DNA of 47,024 bases from an uncultured Planctomycetia bacterium (GCA_964566255.1 CAZMID010000005.1:30830-77853); one strand, 5' to 3'. Positions 8,640 to 17,385 are shown, counted from the stretch's first letter. Translations and numbers: made by a program. Notes: generated by a model from the sequence alone, not told the origin.

Positions 8640-9323
8640 CTACTTCTCGATATGATATTTTTTCCTAAATTTATCTAAATTACTGTTAGATCCGATTATC
8701 ACAAATATATCTCCCTGCTTAATAATATAATCTGCCTTTGGTGCCACATTTAATTCAGAACTACCATCTATAGATTTTTCTTTCTTGCGTACTGCAATAA
8801 TATTAAGTCCGTGCTTTGCCCTTACATCCAGATCTCTTATGGATTTTCCAATGAATTCTTTTGGAGGCACTGTCTCCATTATGCTAAATTCCGGTGAAAC
8901 CTCTATATGTTCTAGAATAGAAGGTGATATAAGTGAATTTGCAATCCTTGAACCCATGTCCCTTTCAAGGAAAACCACCCTAGTAGCACCGACTCTTTCT
9001 AAGACCTTGCCGTGTTCATCTGTAACAGCCCTAGCAACGATATGCTGTACACCCAATTCCTTTAAAATCAAGGCTGTTAAAACAGATGCCTCTAGATTAG
9101 TACCGATTCCTACTACTGCCACATCTACGTTCTTTATACCAACTGCCTTGAGGGATTTTTCATCGGTAGAATCTACCTGTACGGCCTCTGTTACAAACTC
9201 AGAGACCTCCTGGACCAATTCCTCGTCTTTATCAATGGCAAGCACCTGATGGCCTTTTTCGCTCAATGTCTTGGCAACGCTCAATCCAAACCTACCCAAA
9301 CCTATTACTGCGAATTGTCTCAT
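8640..9323 (-). CDS. ktrA: Ktr/Trk potassium uptake regulatory subunit (RCK_N + RCK_C)
   Basis: FAVIGLGRFG Rossmann motif, LKELGV, C-terminal RCK_C; adjacent to ktrB. Confidence 0.92.
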   Translation of the reverse strand: MRQFAVIGLGRFGLSVAKTLSEKGHQVLAIDKDEELVQEVSEFVTEAVQVDSTDEKSLKAVGIKNVDVAVVGIGTNLEASVLTALILKELGVQHIVARAVTDEHGKVLERVGATRVVFLERDMGSRIANSLISPSILEHIEVSPEFSIMETVPPKEFIGKSIRDLDVRAKHGLNIIAVRKKEKSIDGSSELNVAPKADYIIKQGDIFVIIGSNSNLDKFRKKYHIEK

Positions 9324-9341
9324 AATATCTTCTCCTTTTTA

Positions 9342-10700
9342 TCAACCAACCATTACTTTTTCTTCAGGATATTTATAAAAGACTTTTCGTCCTCTCATTG
9401 TAAAAGCCAAGGCAAGAGTCAAAGGGCCGATCCTACCAACAAGCATAGTAATCATAATTAAAAACTTGCCGAATGAACTTAAAATTGGTGTGATACCCGT
9501 TGATAATCCTACTGTTCCAAAAGCAGATGTAACTTCAAAGAATATTCTTAAAAAATAATTAGGCATTGCTTCATTTTTTGCCTCAACAAAACTCAAGAGC
9601 ATGGTAAAACCAACTATCCATACAAGTGCAAGACCTGCTATCAGAACTGCCTTTGTAAAAACTGACTTTGGTATGGTCTTTTTAAAGAGTTGGGCGTTAG
9701 ATCTATTTCTTATCATGCTCCAGGCACCAGCTAAAAGTACACCTATCGTACATGTCTTTATTCCTCCTCCGGTTGAACCAGGAGATGCACCTATAAACAT
9801 CATTATTATAAGGAAAAATAATGTAGGACTTGCAAGATTACCTATAGGTACTGTATTAAAACCCGCTGTCCTTGCAGTAACAGACTGGAAAAAAGACGTT
9901 AATATCTTATGTTTAAGTCCGAGATCATATAAGATCCTATGATTTTCTACTAAAAAGAAAACACCTGTACCTAATAATATCAATACCAAACTTACACTAA
10001 CAGCTATCTTTGTCTGAAGGCTAATTCTAGAAAAAAGATGCCTTATGTCTTCTTTTTTTCCTAAAAAGAGTCTTCCAAATACCCATTTAAATACCTTTGG
10101 GGCATCTATAAGTACGATAAATCCTATACCACCAACTATGACTAAGCCAGCCATAACAAGATTTACATATGAGTCTTGTCCATATTTTAAAAAGCTAGTT
10201 GCGTTAAGAGAAAATCCTGCGTTACAAAAACCAGATATAGCATGAAATATAGAAGGATAAATACTCCCGAACCTATTATATAAAAGGAATGCCCCTATAG
10301 CTTCTATGGCAAATGTTATGCCTAATATGTAAAGTATAAGGGTTTTTAGCCCTTCTACGCTATGATGATCTAACGCACCTTTTACAACAACATTCTCGCG
10401 TATGGTAAGTTTTCTGCCAAAGACTATTGCAAAAAATGTAGATAAGGTCATTATGCCCAGCCCGCCTATCTGTATAAGAAACAATATTACTAACTGTCCG
10501 AACTGAGAAAAATCCTTCCCTGTATCTTTAACAATAAGTCCTGTAACACAAGTGGCACTCGTAGCAGTAAAAAATGCATCCACTGTACCTATAGAAGCGC
10601 CCTTGGCAGAACTCTGAGGTAAAGACAAGAGTATAGCCCCTATAACAATCGTTATAAGAAAACTAAATATTACCACCTGAGGCGGTGTTAATCTGCGCAT
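9342..10700 (-). CDS. ktrB: Ktr/TrkH potassium uptake membrane subunit
   Basis: TATSATCVTGL, FCNAGFS, RTAGFNT, GASPGSTGGGIKT, SAFGTVGLS pore loops; ends in VMVG. Confidence 0.94.
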   Translation of the reverse strand: MRRLTPPQVVIFSFLITIVIGAILLSLPQSSAKGASIGTVDAFFTATSATCVTGLIVKDTGKDFSQFGQLVILFLIQIGGLGIMTLSTFFAIVFGRKLTIRENVVVKGALDHHSVEGLKTLILYILGITFAIEAIGAFLLYNRFGSIYPSIFHAISGFCNAGFSLNATSFLKYGQDSYVNLVMAGLVIVGGIGFIVLIDAPKVFKWVFGRLFLGKKEDIRHLFSRISLQTKIAVSVSLVLILLGTGVFFLVENHRILYDLGLKHKILTSFFQSVTARTAGFNTVPIGNLASPTLFFLIIMMFIGASPGSTGGGIKTCTIGVLLAGAWSMIRNRSNAQLFKKTIPKSVFTKAVLIAGLALVWIVGFTMLLSFVEAKNEAMPNYFLRIFFEVTSAFGTVGLSTGITPILSSFGKFLIMITMLVGRIGPLTLALAFTMRGRKVFYKYPEEKVMVG

Positions 10701-10705
10701 AAGAT

Positions 10706-11056
10706 TTATTTTTTATTTACGCTTTCAACCAATTTTTTAAATGACGCCTTATCGTTAGTCGCAATATCAGAGAGAACTTTTCTATTAAGAATGGACTTTG
10801 ACTTCTTCATGCATGACATAAACTGGCTATATGATATACCAAGTTCTTTACATGCATTAGAAATCCTCAAAATCCAAAGTCTTCTGAAATCCCTCTTTTT
10901 TCTACGACGGTCTCTTGTAGCATAAGCCAAAGCCTTATTCACAGACTCCATTGTAATTCTGTGCCATTTACTTCTTCCGGCCCTTTGACCTTTTGCCATC
11001 TTTGAGATTTTTTTTCTGCGTCTCCTTGATGCTGGTCCGTATTTTACACGTGGCAT
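10706..11056 (-). CDS. rplT: 50S ribosomal protein L20
   Basis: MPRVK, YATRDRR.KKRDFRRLWI.RI, SYSQF, LNRKVLSDIA. Confidence 0.97.
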   Translation of the reverse strand: MPRVKYGPASRRRRKKISKMAKGQRAGRSKWHRITMESVNKALAYATRDRRRKKRDFRRLWILRISNACKELGISYSQFMSCMKKSKSILNRKVLSDIATNDKASFKKLVESVNKK

Positions 11057-11078
11057 GTTACTCCCTCCTGGTTATTCC

Positions 11079-11276
11079 TTAGCCGTACGGCAATAACTTC
11101 TTTGTGATCTTTCCTAGTAAACCTTCAACAATCGTACTTTTTCTCAACCCGCGTTTGCGGCCAGAAGATTTGCTTGTAAGAAGATGTCTCCTACCTGCCT
11201 TACGTCTTTTAAGTTTTCCTTTTTTGGTTAATTTAAAACGCTTTTTTGTTCCTTTATTAGTCTTTAACTTCGGCAT
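11079..11276 (-). CDS. rpmI: 50S ribosomal protein L35
   Basis: MPKLKT..G.KKRFK.T..GK, HLLTSK, ends LLPY. Confidence 0.97.
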   Translation of the reverse strand: MPKLKTNKGTKKRFKLTKKGKLKRRKAGRRHLLTSKSSGRKRGLRKSTIVEGLLGKITKKLLPYG

Positions 11277-11295
11277 GATGTATTCTCCTATAAAA

Positions 11296-11823
11296 TTATT
11301 TCTTTGTATTAACCCCTGATCTCGGCATAAAAGTTACCATGATATTTCTTCCTTCTTTGACAGGTGCTTTTTCTGGCTCTCCTATATCTGAAAGATCAGA
11401 CATCATCCTATCAAGGACCTTTTTGCCAATCTCCGTATGAGCCATTTGTCTACCTCTAAACATCATAGTAATCTTTGCCTTGTCTCCCCTTGTTAAAAAT
11501 CGTCTTAGATGGTGAAGTTTTACCTGGTAATCATGTTCCTCTATATTAGGTTTTATCTTTATCTCTTTTAAATGTATAGTTTTTTGATGTTTGCGGGCTT
11601 CTCTTTCTTTTTTCTCCTGGTCGTATTTATATTTACTGTAATCCATTATACGACAAACGGGTGGACTTGCCGATGATGCCACTTCCACTAAATCAAGATC
11701 AAATTCCTGTGCCCTTTGAATGGCATCTTGAGTAGGGACAGTCCCCATCTGTTCTCCATTAGGTCCTATTAATCTGACTTCTCTTACCCTTATCCTCTGA
11801 TTTACTCTTAGTGGGCGCGCGAT
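11296..11823 (-). CDS. infC: Translation initiation factor IF-3 (probable ATC start)
   Basis: RVNQRIRVREVRLI, PPVCRIMDYSKYKY, KEIKIKPNIEEHDY. SD AAGGAGGTG, 6 nt, then ATC at 11823; the track GTG at 11832 lies inside the SD. Confidence 0.95.
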   Translation of the reverse strand: MARPLRVNQRIRVREVRLIGPNGEQMGTVPTQDAIQRAQEFDLDLVEVASSASPPVCRIMDYSKYKYDQEKKEREARKHQKTIHLKEIKIKPNIEEHDYQVKLHHLRRFLTRGDKAKITMMFRGRQMAHTEIGKKVLDRMMSDLSDIGEPEKAPVKEGRNIMVTFMPRSGVNTKK

Positions 11824-11836
11824 AACTACCACCTCC

Positions 11837-13552
11837 TTAAATTTTTCTAGTTTTAATCTCTTGTTTTACCCTATTTATAAAATCATTTAGTTTTATACTT
11901 CCGGCATCACCTTGTTTTCTTGCGCGAAGTGAAACTGTATTATTTTCTTTTTCTCTATCGCCTGCTATCAGCATATAAGGAACTTTTTGTAATTCTTTTT
12001 CTCTTATTTTGTACTGGAGTTTTTCATTTCTTTCATCAAGTTCAACTCTTATGCCTTCTTCCTGAAGCATGTTGAAAATTTTTCTTGTGTAGTCATGTAC
12101 TCTATCAGTAATAGGGATAACTGCGACTTGCGTAGGTGCCAACCACACAGGAAAATTCCCTGCATAATGCTCTATGAGTGTACCTATAAAACGCTCTATG
12201 CTTCCTAAAACGACTCTGTGTAACATAACAGGTCTTTCTTTTTTACCGTCTTTTGATACATAGGTTAAATTAAATCTTTCGGGCAAAGCAAAATCACACT
12301 GTACTGTTGCACACTGCCATGGCCTACCCAAGGCATCCTTAACCATAATATCTATCTTTGGTCCGTAAAAAGCTCCTTCTCCTTCGTTTACTTCGTACTT
12401 CATGTCTTTTGCCTCAAGTGCTTTTTTAAGAGCATTTGTTGCCTTATCCCACATCTTTAGGCTTCCTATATATTTAGGAGGCCTTGTAGAAAGATCTATT
12501 TTATAATCAGTAAAACCAAATACCTTCATTGTATCTATTACAAAATCTATAACTCCTTGAATCTCTTTTTCTGTTTCTTCTGGGAGACAAAATATATGAG
12601 CATCATCCTGAGTAAAGCCTCTTACCCTTAAAAGACCATGCAGCACACCTGACTTTTCACGTCTATATACATTACCGAGTTCAAAATATCTTATTGGAAG
12701 ATCTCTATAACTTCTAATCTTTGATTTATAGATAAGCATGTGAGCCGGACAATTCATTGGCTTTATTGCATACTCATCTTTATCAACCTTAAATATATAC
12801 ATATTCTCTTTATAATATTCATAATGACCTGAAGTAACCCATATATCAGATTTTAAGATGTGAGGACCCATTACTATCTGGTATCCACGCTTTAAATGTT
12901 CATGCTTTTCATAATCCTCTATCAATGTCCTTAAAAGAGCTCCTTTTGGATGATAAAATACCAGTCCTGGCCCAACATCGTCGTGAAGGCTAAATAGATC
13001 TAAATCTTTACCGAGTTTTCTGTGGTCTCTTTTTTTAGCCTCTTCCCTGAGTTTTAAAAAATTCGCCAGTTCATCTTTAGTATTAAAACATGTTCCATAG
13101 ATACGTTGTAGCATTGGGTTTGTTTCAATCCCATGCCAGTATGCACCTGCAATACTTAAAAGCTTAAAGGCCTTTACTTCACCGGTTGAAGCTACATGAG
13201 GACCTTTGCAAAGATCAAAAAACTTTCCATGTCTATATATAGAAACTTTCTTTGTATCAAGATTATTAATTAGTTCAATCTTATAAGGTTCTTTTTTGAA
13301 TAATTTAAGAGCCTCTTTCTTAGAAATCTCTTCTTTTTTGAATTCTAGGTTTTGTTTTATGATTTTTGACATTTCTTTTTCTATTTTTATAAGGTCTTCA
13401 GGGACAAATCCATCTTTTATATCAAAATCATAATAGAATCCATCCTCAATAGAAGGACCTATCCCTAATTTGACTCTTGGGAAAAGTCTCTTAACGGCAT
13501 CTGCCATTACATGGGAACAACTATGTCTTAATGCATAAAGGTTTTTTGGCAT
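11837..13552 (-). CDS. thrS: Threonine--tRNA ligase (lacks the N-terminal TGS domain)
   Basis: LRHSCSHVMA, DLCKGPHV, RDHRKLG, KPMNCP, GLLRVRGFTQDDAH, GAFYGPKID. Confidence 0.98.
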   Translation of the reverse strand: MPKNLYALRHSCSHVMADAVKRLFPRVKLGIGPSIEDGFYYDFDIKDGFVPEDLIKIEKEMSKIIKQNLEFKKEEISKKEALKLFKKEPYKIELINNLDTKKVSIYRHGKFFDLCKGPHVASTGEVKAFKLLSIAGAYWHGIETNPMLQRIYGTCFNTKDELANFLKLREEAKKRDHRKLGKDLDLFSLHDDVGPGLVFYHPKGALLRTLIEDYEKHEHLKRGYQIVMGPHILKSDIWVTSGHYEYYKENMYIFKVDKDEYAIKPMNCPAHMLIYKSKIRSYRDLPIRYFELGNVYRREKSGVLHGLLRVRGFTQDDAHIFCLPEETEKEIQGVIDFVIDTMKVFGFTDYKIDLSTRPPKYIGSLKMWDKATNALKKALEAKDMKYEVNEGEGAFYGPKIDIMVKDALGRPWQCATVQCDFALPERFNLTYVSKDGKKERPVMLHRVVLGSIERFIGTLIEHYAGNFPVWLAPTQVAVIPITDRVHDYTRKIFNMLQEEGIRVELDERNEKLQYKIREKELQKVPYMLIAGDREKENNTVSLRARKQGDAGSIKLNDFINRVKQEIKTRKI

Positions 13553-13566
13553 AAATTCTCAATATA

Positions 13567-14160
13567 TTAAAATTTATCTAAATAATAAGCTGTTTCTTTA
13601 TCTAACCAATTTTTTAACTTATAATTGTGGACCTGGACTCTAGCAATCCCAAATTTTGACCTCTGCCCTTCCACCTTGCTTCTTGTATCAGTATGAGGAT
13701 AAACTAAAACCTGTGGCTTGGGTATTTTTAAGACTTTCGACCAATAATTTTTTGCTTCGTTCATATTAAATTTTCTGTATAGCTGAACATATAAAGTAAG
13801 TTTATCTTTATGTATTCCGCAAATCTCTCTTAAAAATTTGACAAATACCTTCAAAATTCTATAATCTAAATTCGCAAGTTGGATTGAATGTCGATTAGTC
13901 CGATGACCCTCTGCGCAATATAACATCAAAGCGCCTATTAACAATCCCTTTTCTTTGCTGTTAAGAATCTTTTTTATTTTAAACGGGTCTCCATTTGGAT
14001 TTTGTTTTACATAAGAACTTTCACTCTGCGATCTTCTTTTCATTCCATATTTTTTAAACCAATAATAGACTTTTGCGTGACTAACACCTAATTTTTTTGC
14101 AATATCCTCCATAGAAAGCTTTTTAATGTTATACAGATAATAAAGTTTATCTTTGTTCAT
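13567..14160 (-). CDS. Hypothetical HTH + LAGLIDADG-like protein directly downstream of tRNA-Val
   Basis: N-terminal HTH (LSMEDIAKKLGVSHAKVYYWFKKY), then ALMLYCAEG helix followed by IQLANLD.RILKVFVKFL. Start set to ATG 14160 because the track start at 14181 is inside the tRNA. Confidence 0.7.
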   Translation of the reverse strand: MNKDKLYYLYNIKKLSMEDIAKKLGVSHAKVYYWFKKYGMKRRSQSESSYVKQNPNGDPFKIKKILNSKEKGLLIGALMLYCAEGHRTNRHSIQLANLDYRILKVFVKFLREICGIHKDKLTLYVQLYRKFNMNEAKNYWSKVLKIPKPQVLVYPHTDTRSKVEGQRSKFGIARVQVHNYKLKNWLDKETAYYLDKF

Positions 14161-14169
14161 ATCTCTAAA

Positions 14170-14246
14170 TGGTGGGCCCAAGAGGATTCGAACCTCTGAC
14201 CTTCACGATGTCAACGTGACGCGCTAACCAGCTGCGCCATGAGCCC
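14170..14246 (-). tRNA. tRNA-Val(GAC)
   Basis: GGGCTCA...TGGGCCC-ACCA acceptor stem; anticodon arm TCACG-TTGACAT-CGTGA; GGTTCGAATCC T-arm. Confidence 0.97.
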
Positions 14247-14254
14247 TGTTAAAT

Positions 14255-14342
14255 TGGTGCCGGGAGAGGGATTTGAACCCACACGGCCTTTAGGGCCAAC
14301 GGATTTTAAATCCGTATCGTCTGCCAGTTCCGACATCCCGGC
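14255..14342 (-). tRNA. tRNA-Leu(TAA)
   Basis: GCCGGGA...TCCCGGC-ACCA; anticodon arm ACGGA-TTTAAAA-TCCGT; long variable arm GGCCCTAAAGGCC. Confidence 0.96.
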
Positions 14343-14359
14343 ATATATTTTTTAATTCT

Positions 14360-14434
14360 TGGAGGCGACGAGCGGGATCGAACCGCTGAATAAGAGCTTT
14401 GCAGGCTCTCGCCTTTCCGCTTGGCCACGTCGCC
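14360..14434 (-). tRNA. tRNA-Cys(GCA)
   Basis: GGCGACG...CGTCGCC-TCCA (U73 discriminator); anticodon arm AGAGC-CTGCAAA-GCTCT. Confidence 0.97.
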
Positions 14435-14436
14435 TT

Positions 14437-14476
14437 AAAAACAAAAACGTGTAACCTTTAGCACTTTGGCTACACG
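14437..14476 (-). terminator. Intrinsic terminator-like hairpin between coaB and tRNA-Cys
   Basis: CGTGTAGCC, 11-nt loop, GGTTACACG (9 bp, one G-U that pairs only on the minus strand), followed by TTTTTGTTTTT. Confidence 0.7.
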
Positions 14477-14490
14477 CCTTATCCTAGCGA

Positions 14491-15156
14491 TTATCTCCCT
14501 CTAGCTCTACAACCATTGGTGTATCTTAAATACCATAGCTTCTCTATTTTGTCAAGTAAAACCCGCGCTATAAACGCTTTATTTTTATGCTTTATCTCTA
14601 GATAATCGCCTGATTTACTGATTATATAGGAGTCTAACTTGTTATCACCAAACAGGTTATGTCTTTTTGTCAACCTATTTGCCACTATAAGATCAAGGTG
14701 TTTCTTTTTTAGCTTCAAAAATGATCTTTTTAGCAAATCCTCTGTTTCTAAGCTAAATCCAATAAATAGTTTATCTTTCTTATATCTATATACTTCAGAA
14801 AGTATATCTTTATTAGAAATTAGCTCTAGTTGCAACCTTTTTGCCTTTTTTATCTTTTTCTTTATTGTGCGTTTTGGTCTAAAGTCACTTACTGCAGCGC
14901 ACATTATAAGAGAATCTGCCTTTTTTAATTCTTTCTTAAGAGAAGCTAATAAATCAGATGATGTTTCTACTGAAATAAACTTTTTAACCTTTGGCGGTTT
15001 TATTTTAGTAGCACCACTTATAAGTGTAACAGTATGTTTTCTCTTAGAAGCGATTTCAGCTATTTTGTATCCCATATATCCTGTGGATCTATTCGAAATA
15101 AATCTTACAGGATCTATTGGTTCTAAAGTTGGTCCGGCTGTAACTATTATCTTAAT
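14491..15156 (-). CDS. coaB: Phosphopantothenate--cysteine ligase (stand-alone CoaB), probable ATT start
   Basis: The frame continues upstream of the track ATG (15075) as KIIVTAGPTLEPIDPVRFISNRSTGYMG; also AAVSDF, IGFSLET, DLIVAN. There is no ATG/GTG/TTG in frame; ATT at 15156 has a GAGGTG SD 8 nt upstream. Confidence 0.88.
   Translation of the reverse strand: MKIIVTAGPTLEPIDPVRFISNRSTGYMGYKIAEIASKRKHTVTLISGATKIKPPKVKKFISVETSSDLLASLKKELKKADSLIMCAAVSDFRPKRTIKKKIKKAKRLQLELISNKDILSEVYRYKKDKLFIGFSLETEDLLKRSFLKLKKKHLDLIVANRLTKRHNLFGDNKLDSYIISKSGDYLEIKHKNKAFIARVLLDKIEKLWYLRYTNGCRARGR
14527..14555 (-). promoter_or_regulatory. Candidate sigma70 promoter in the 3' end of coaB, facing the tRNA-thrS cluster
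   Basis: TTGACA (14555-14550), 17 nt, TATTTA with extended TG; the -10 is imperfect. Confidence 0.5.
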
Positions 15157-15689
15157 AGCTTCTTCACCTCTTTTATTATTTGTTCTATATCCTGCAGGTG
15201 ACCTATGCCTTCAGCTCCGCAGGCAAATTTTCCCTTTACAGGACCTGTAAAATGATACCCTATTTTTTTTAGTTTTTGGATATTTTCCTGTACGATTTTA
15301 TTTTTATACATCCCTTCATTCATTGCAGGAGCAAATAATAAAGGTGATTTTGTAGCACATATAGTACAAGTAAGCATATCGTCGCATATTCCATTCGCAA
15401 CTTTACCGATAATGTTTGCTGTAGCGGGTGCTACAAGAATAATATCACTTTTTTCTGCCAAAGATACGTGTTCTACATCCCACTCATCCGGTAATTTAAA
15501 TAAATCTGAAGTCACGACTCTATTACCTGATATCACCTGAAATAAAATCGGCTTTATAAATTCCTCTGCCTCTTTTGTTAAGACAACATCGACGGATAGA
15601 CCTCTTCTTTTAAGGCCTCTTATTATATCAAGCGCCTTATAGCAGGCAACACTTCCAGTAACGCCTATAAGTACATTTTTGGTTTTCAC
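15147..15689 (-). CDS. coaC: Phosphopantothenoylcysteine decarboxylase (stand-alone CoaC, HFCD flavoprotein)
   Basis: IGVTGSVACYK, EHVSLA, VAPATANIIGK..GICDD, APAMNEGM, ACGAEG.G. Confidence 0.93.
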   Translation of the reverse strand: MKTKNVLIGVTGSVACYKALDIIRGLKRRGLSVDVVLTKEAEEFIKPILFQVISGNRVVTSDLFKLPDEWDVEHVSLAEKSDIILVAPATANIIGKVANGICDDMLTCTICATKSPLLFAPAMNEGMYKNKIVQENIQKLKKIGYHFTGPVKGKFACGAEGIGHLQDIEQIIKEVKKLLR

Positions 15690-15904
15690 TTTTTGGATTT
15701 TGATTTTTCTGGTTCGGTTGGTTTATATTTGACTTTTCCCTGGCTTATCTCTTCTAAGGCAATTGTCGAAACCTTTTTAGAATCAGTCTCTACAAGTTTA
15801 TTCGCACCATTATTCAATTCTATTGCCCTTTTTGCAGCAACCAAAGTAATCTTATAAATACTATCTCCGTTCTTAAAAACTTTTTCTCGTGCCACATATG
15901 ACAT
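15686..15904 (-). CDS. rpoZ: RNA polymerase omega subunit
   Basis: SIYKITLVAAKRAIEL, K.STIALEEI..GK; gmk-rpoZ-coa synteny; GGAGG SD 8 nt before ATG 15904. Confidence 0.9.
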   Translation of the reverse strand: MSYVAREKVFKNGDSIYKITLVAAKRAIELNNGANKLVETDSKKVSTIALEEISQGKVKYKPTEPEKSKSKK

Positions 15905-15906
15905 AC

Positions 15907-16488
15907 TCAATTCCTCCCCACTTTACATCTTTCAGCAATAACAATAGCCCTTAAATTTTCAAGTGCTGATTCCAGCACATTATTTACAACAACATAATCA
16001 TATTTGGATAAATAAGTCATCTCTTTTTTTGCAAGACGCAATCTTTTTGCAACTTCTTTTTTAGAATCTGTTGAACGCCCTACTAGTCTTTCTTTTAACA
16101 TTGCCATTGATGGAGGCAAAACAAATATATAAACAGCTTTGAACTTCGTTCTTTTTATCTTCATTGCACCTTGTATATCTATATTTAAAAGGACATCTTG
16201 TCCCCTATTCACAACGTGTTTTATGTATTTTTTCGGAGTACCATAATATTCATCAAGGACCTTTGCCGACTCTAAAAATTCATTCCTCTTCTTGCGCTTT
16301 AAAAATTCCTCTTTATCTATAAATATATAATCCATACCGTCTCTTTCCCCGGCTCTAGGAGTCCTGGTAGTCATGGAAATCGAACGGTTTATCTTTCCTA
16401 AAGATTCTACCAGTCTATTACACAATGTAGTTTTACCTGAGCCTGAAGGAGCTGAAACTATAAAAAGTATGCCTTTTTTATTCTTCAT
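15907..16488 (-). CDS. gmk: Guanylate kinase
   Basis: SAPSGSGKTT, TTRTPRAGERDG.DY.F, YYGTP, YDYVVVN. Confidence 0.97.
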   Translation of the reverse strand: MKNKKGILFIVSAPSGSGKTTLCNRLVESLGKINRSISMTTRTPRAGERDGMDYIFIDKEEFLKRKKRNEFLESAKVLDEYYGTPKKYIKHVVNRGQDVLLNIDIQGAMKIKRTKFKAVYIFVLPPSMAMLKERLVGRSTDSKKEVAKRLRLAKKEMTYLSKYDYVVVNNVLESALENLRAIVIAERCKVGRN

Positions 16489-16492
16489 TATA

Positions 16493-17377
16493 TTACTCCA
16501 CGTTCTGGGCCTGTTCGCGAATCTTTTCTATTTCACTTTTCATATCCACAACAAAATGTGAAATCTTTGTAGATCCTATTTTTGAACCAAGGGTATTGAT
16601 TTCTCTTTGGAGCTCCTGTAATATAAAATCTATTTTTCTACCGGTTTCCTTTGAGGAATTAAGAGAGCTTCTTAAATTAACAAGATGGCTTTTTGCACGA
16701 GTTAATTCCTCTGATACATCAGTTTGTTTTGCAAATATAGCAAGTTCTGTCTCTAACCTAGGTCTATCTATATTATAACTATGCCCTTTAAGTATAGATT
16801 TTATTTTTGAATCCAATTTAGCCTTATGATTTAAAACAACCTTTGGCGCTAACTTAGAAATCTCCCTTATAGAATTTGTTATTTTACCTATTCTATTTGT
16901 AAGATCTCTATAAATAACTCTTCCTTCTTTTATTCTCATTCTATTACAATCTGACAGAGCCTTTCTAACAGCATTTTTAATTACTGGCCATACTAAATCT
17001 GGGTCAAGCTCTTTTTCTTCCTGGACAATCACATCTGGAAAAGACAAAAGATGAAATAATTTGATATCATCTTTAAGATTAAGTTTTTTCTTGATCCTAG
17101 AAAGCATCTTGTAGTATTTTTCTATTGCTTCGTGATTTATTGTTGTCGGATCAAGATCTTTTTCGCCCTTACGACGAGAAAGTGAAAAATTCACCCTGCC
17201 ACGTTTTACATCCTTATGGATATAATTCTTCACTCTATCTTCAAGTACGCTTAGACTATTTGGTATCCTTGATGAGATATCAAAATATCTATGATTAAGC
17301 GTTCGAATCTCAACAGTAAAATTTCCGAATTTACCATTAGATTCGCCTTTTCCAAAACCTGTCATGCTCTTTATCAT
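16493..17377 (-). CDS. yicC: YicC/YloC family endoribonuclease
   Basis: MIKSMTGFG, NHRYFD, DVSEELTR..SH, GRKIDFILQELQREINTLGSK, EKIREQAQNVE. Confidence 0.95.
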   Translation of the reverse strand: MIKSMTGFGKGESNGKFGNFTVEIRTLNHRYFDISSRIPNSLSVLEDRVKNYIHKDVKRGRVNFSLSRRKGEKDLDPTTINHEAIEKYYKMLSRIKKKLNLKDDIKLFHLLSFPDVIVQEEKELDPDLVWPVIKNAVRKALSDCNRMRIKEGRVIYRDLTNRIGKITNSIREISKLAPKVVLNHKAKLDSKIKSILKGHSYNIDRPRLETELAIFAKQTDVSEELTRAKSHLVNLRSSLNSSKETGRKIDFILQELQREINTLGSKIGSTKISHFVVDMKSEIEKIREQAQNVE

Positions 17378-17385
17378 AAAATTAA

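Noticed and set aside
13553-13566. T-box leader for thrS (or for pheS)
   Set aside because: The intergenic gaps are only 14 and 9 nt, and I saw no T-box motif.
13553-14246. Integrative element or tRNA intron at tRNA-Val
   Set aside because: The tRNA is intact and contiguous; no duplicated 3' end (att site) and no integrase.
14639-15250. 203-aa plus-strand ORF and the other antisense ORFs in the track (e.g. 776-1324, 25444-26088, 35933-36463)
   Set aside because: Shadow frames opposite well-conserved genes, with no motifs or SD.
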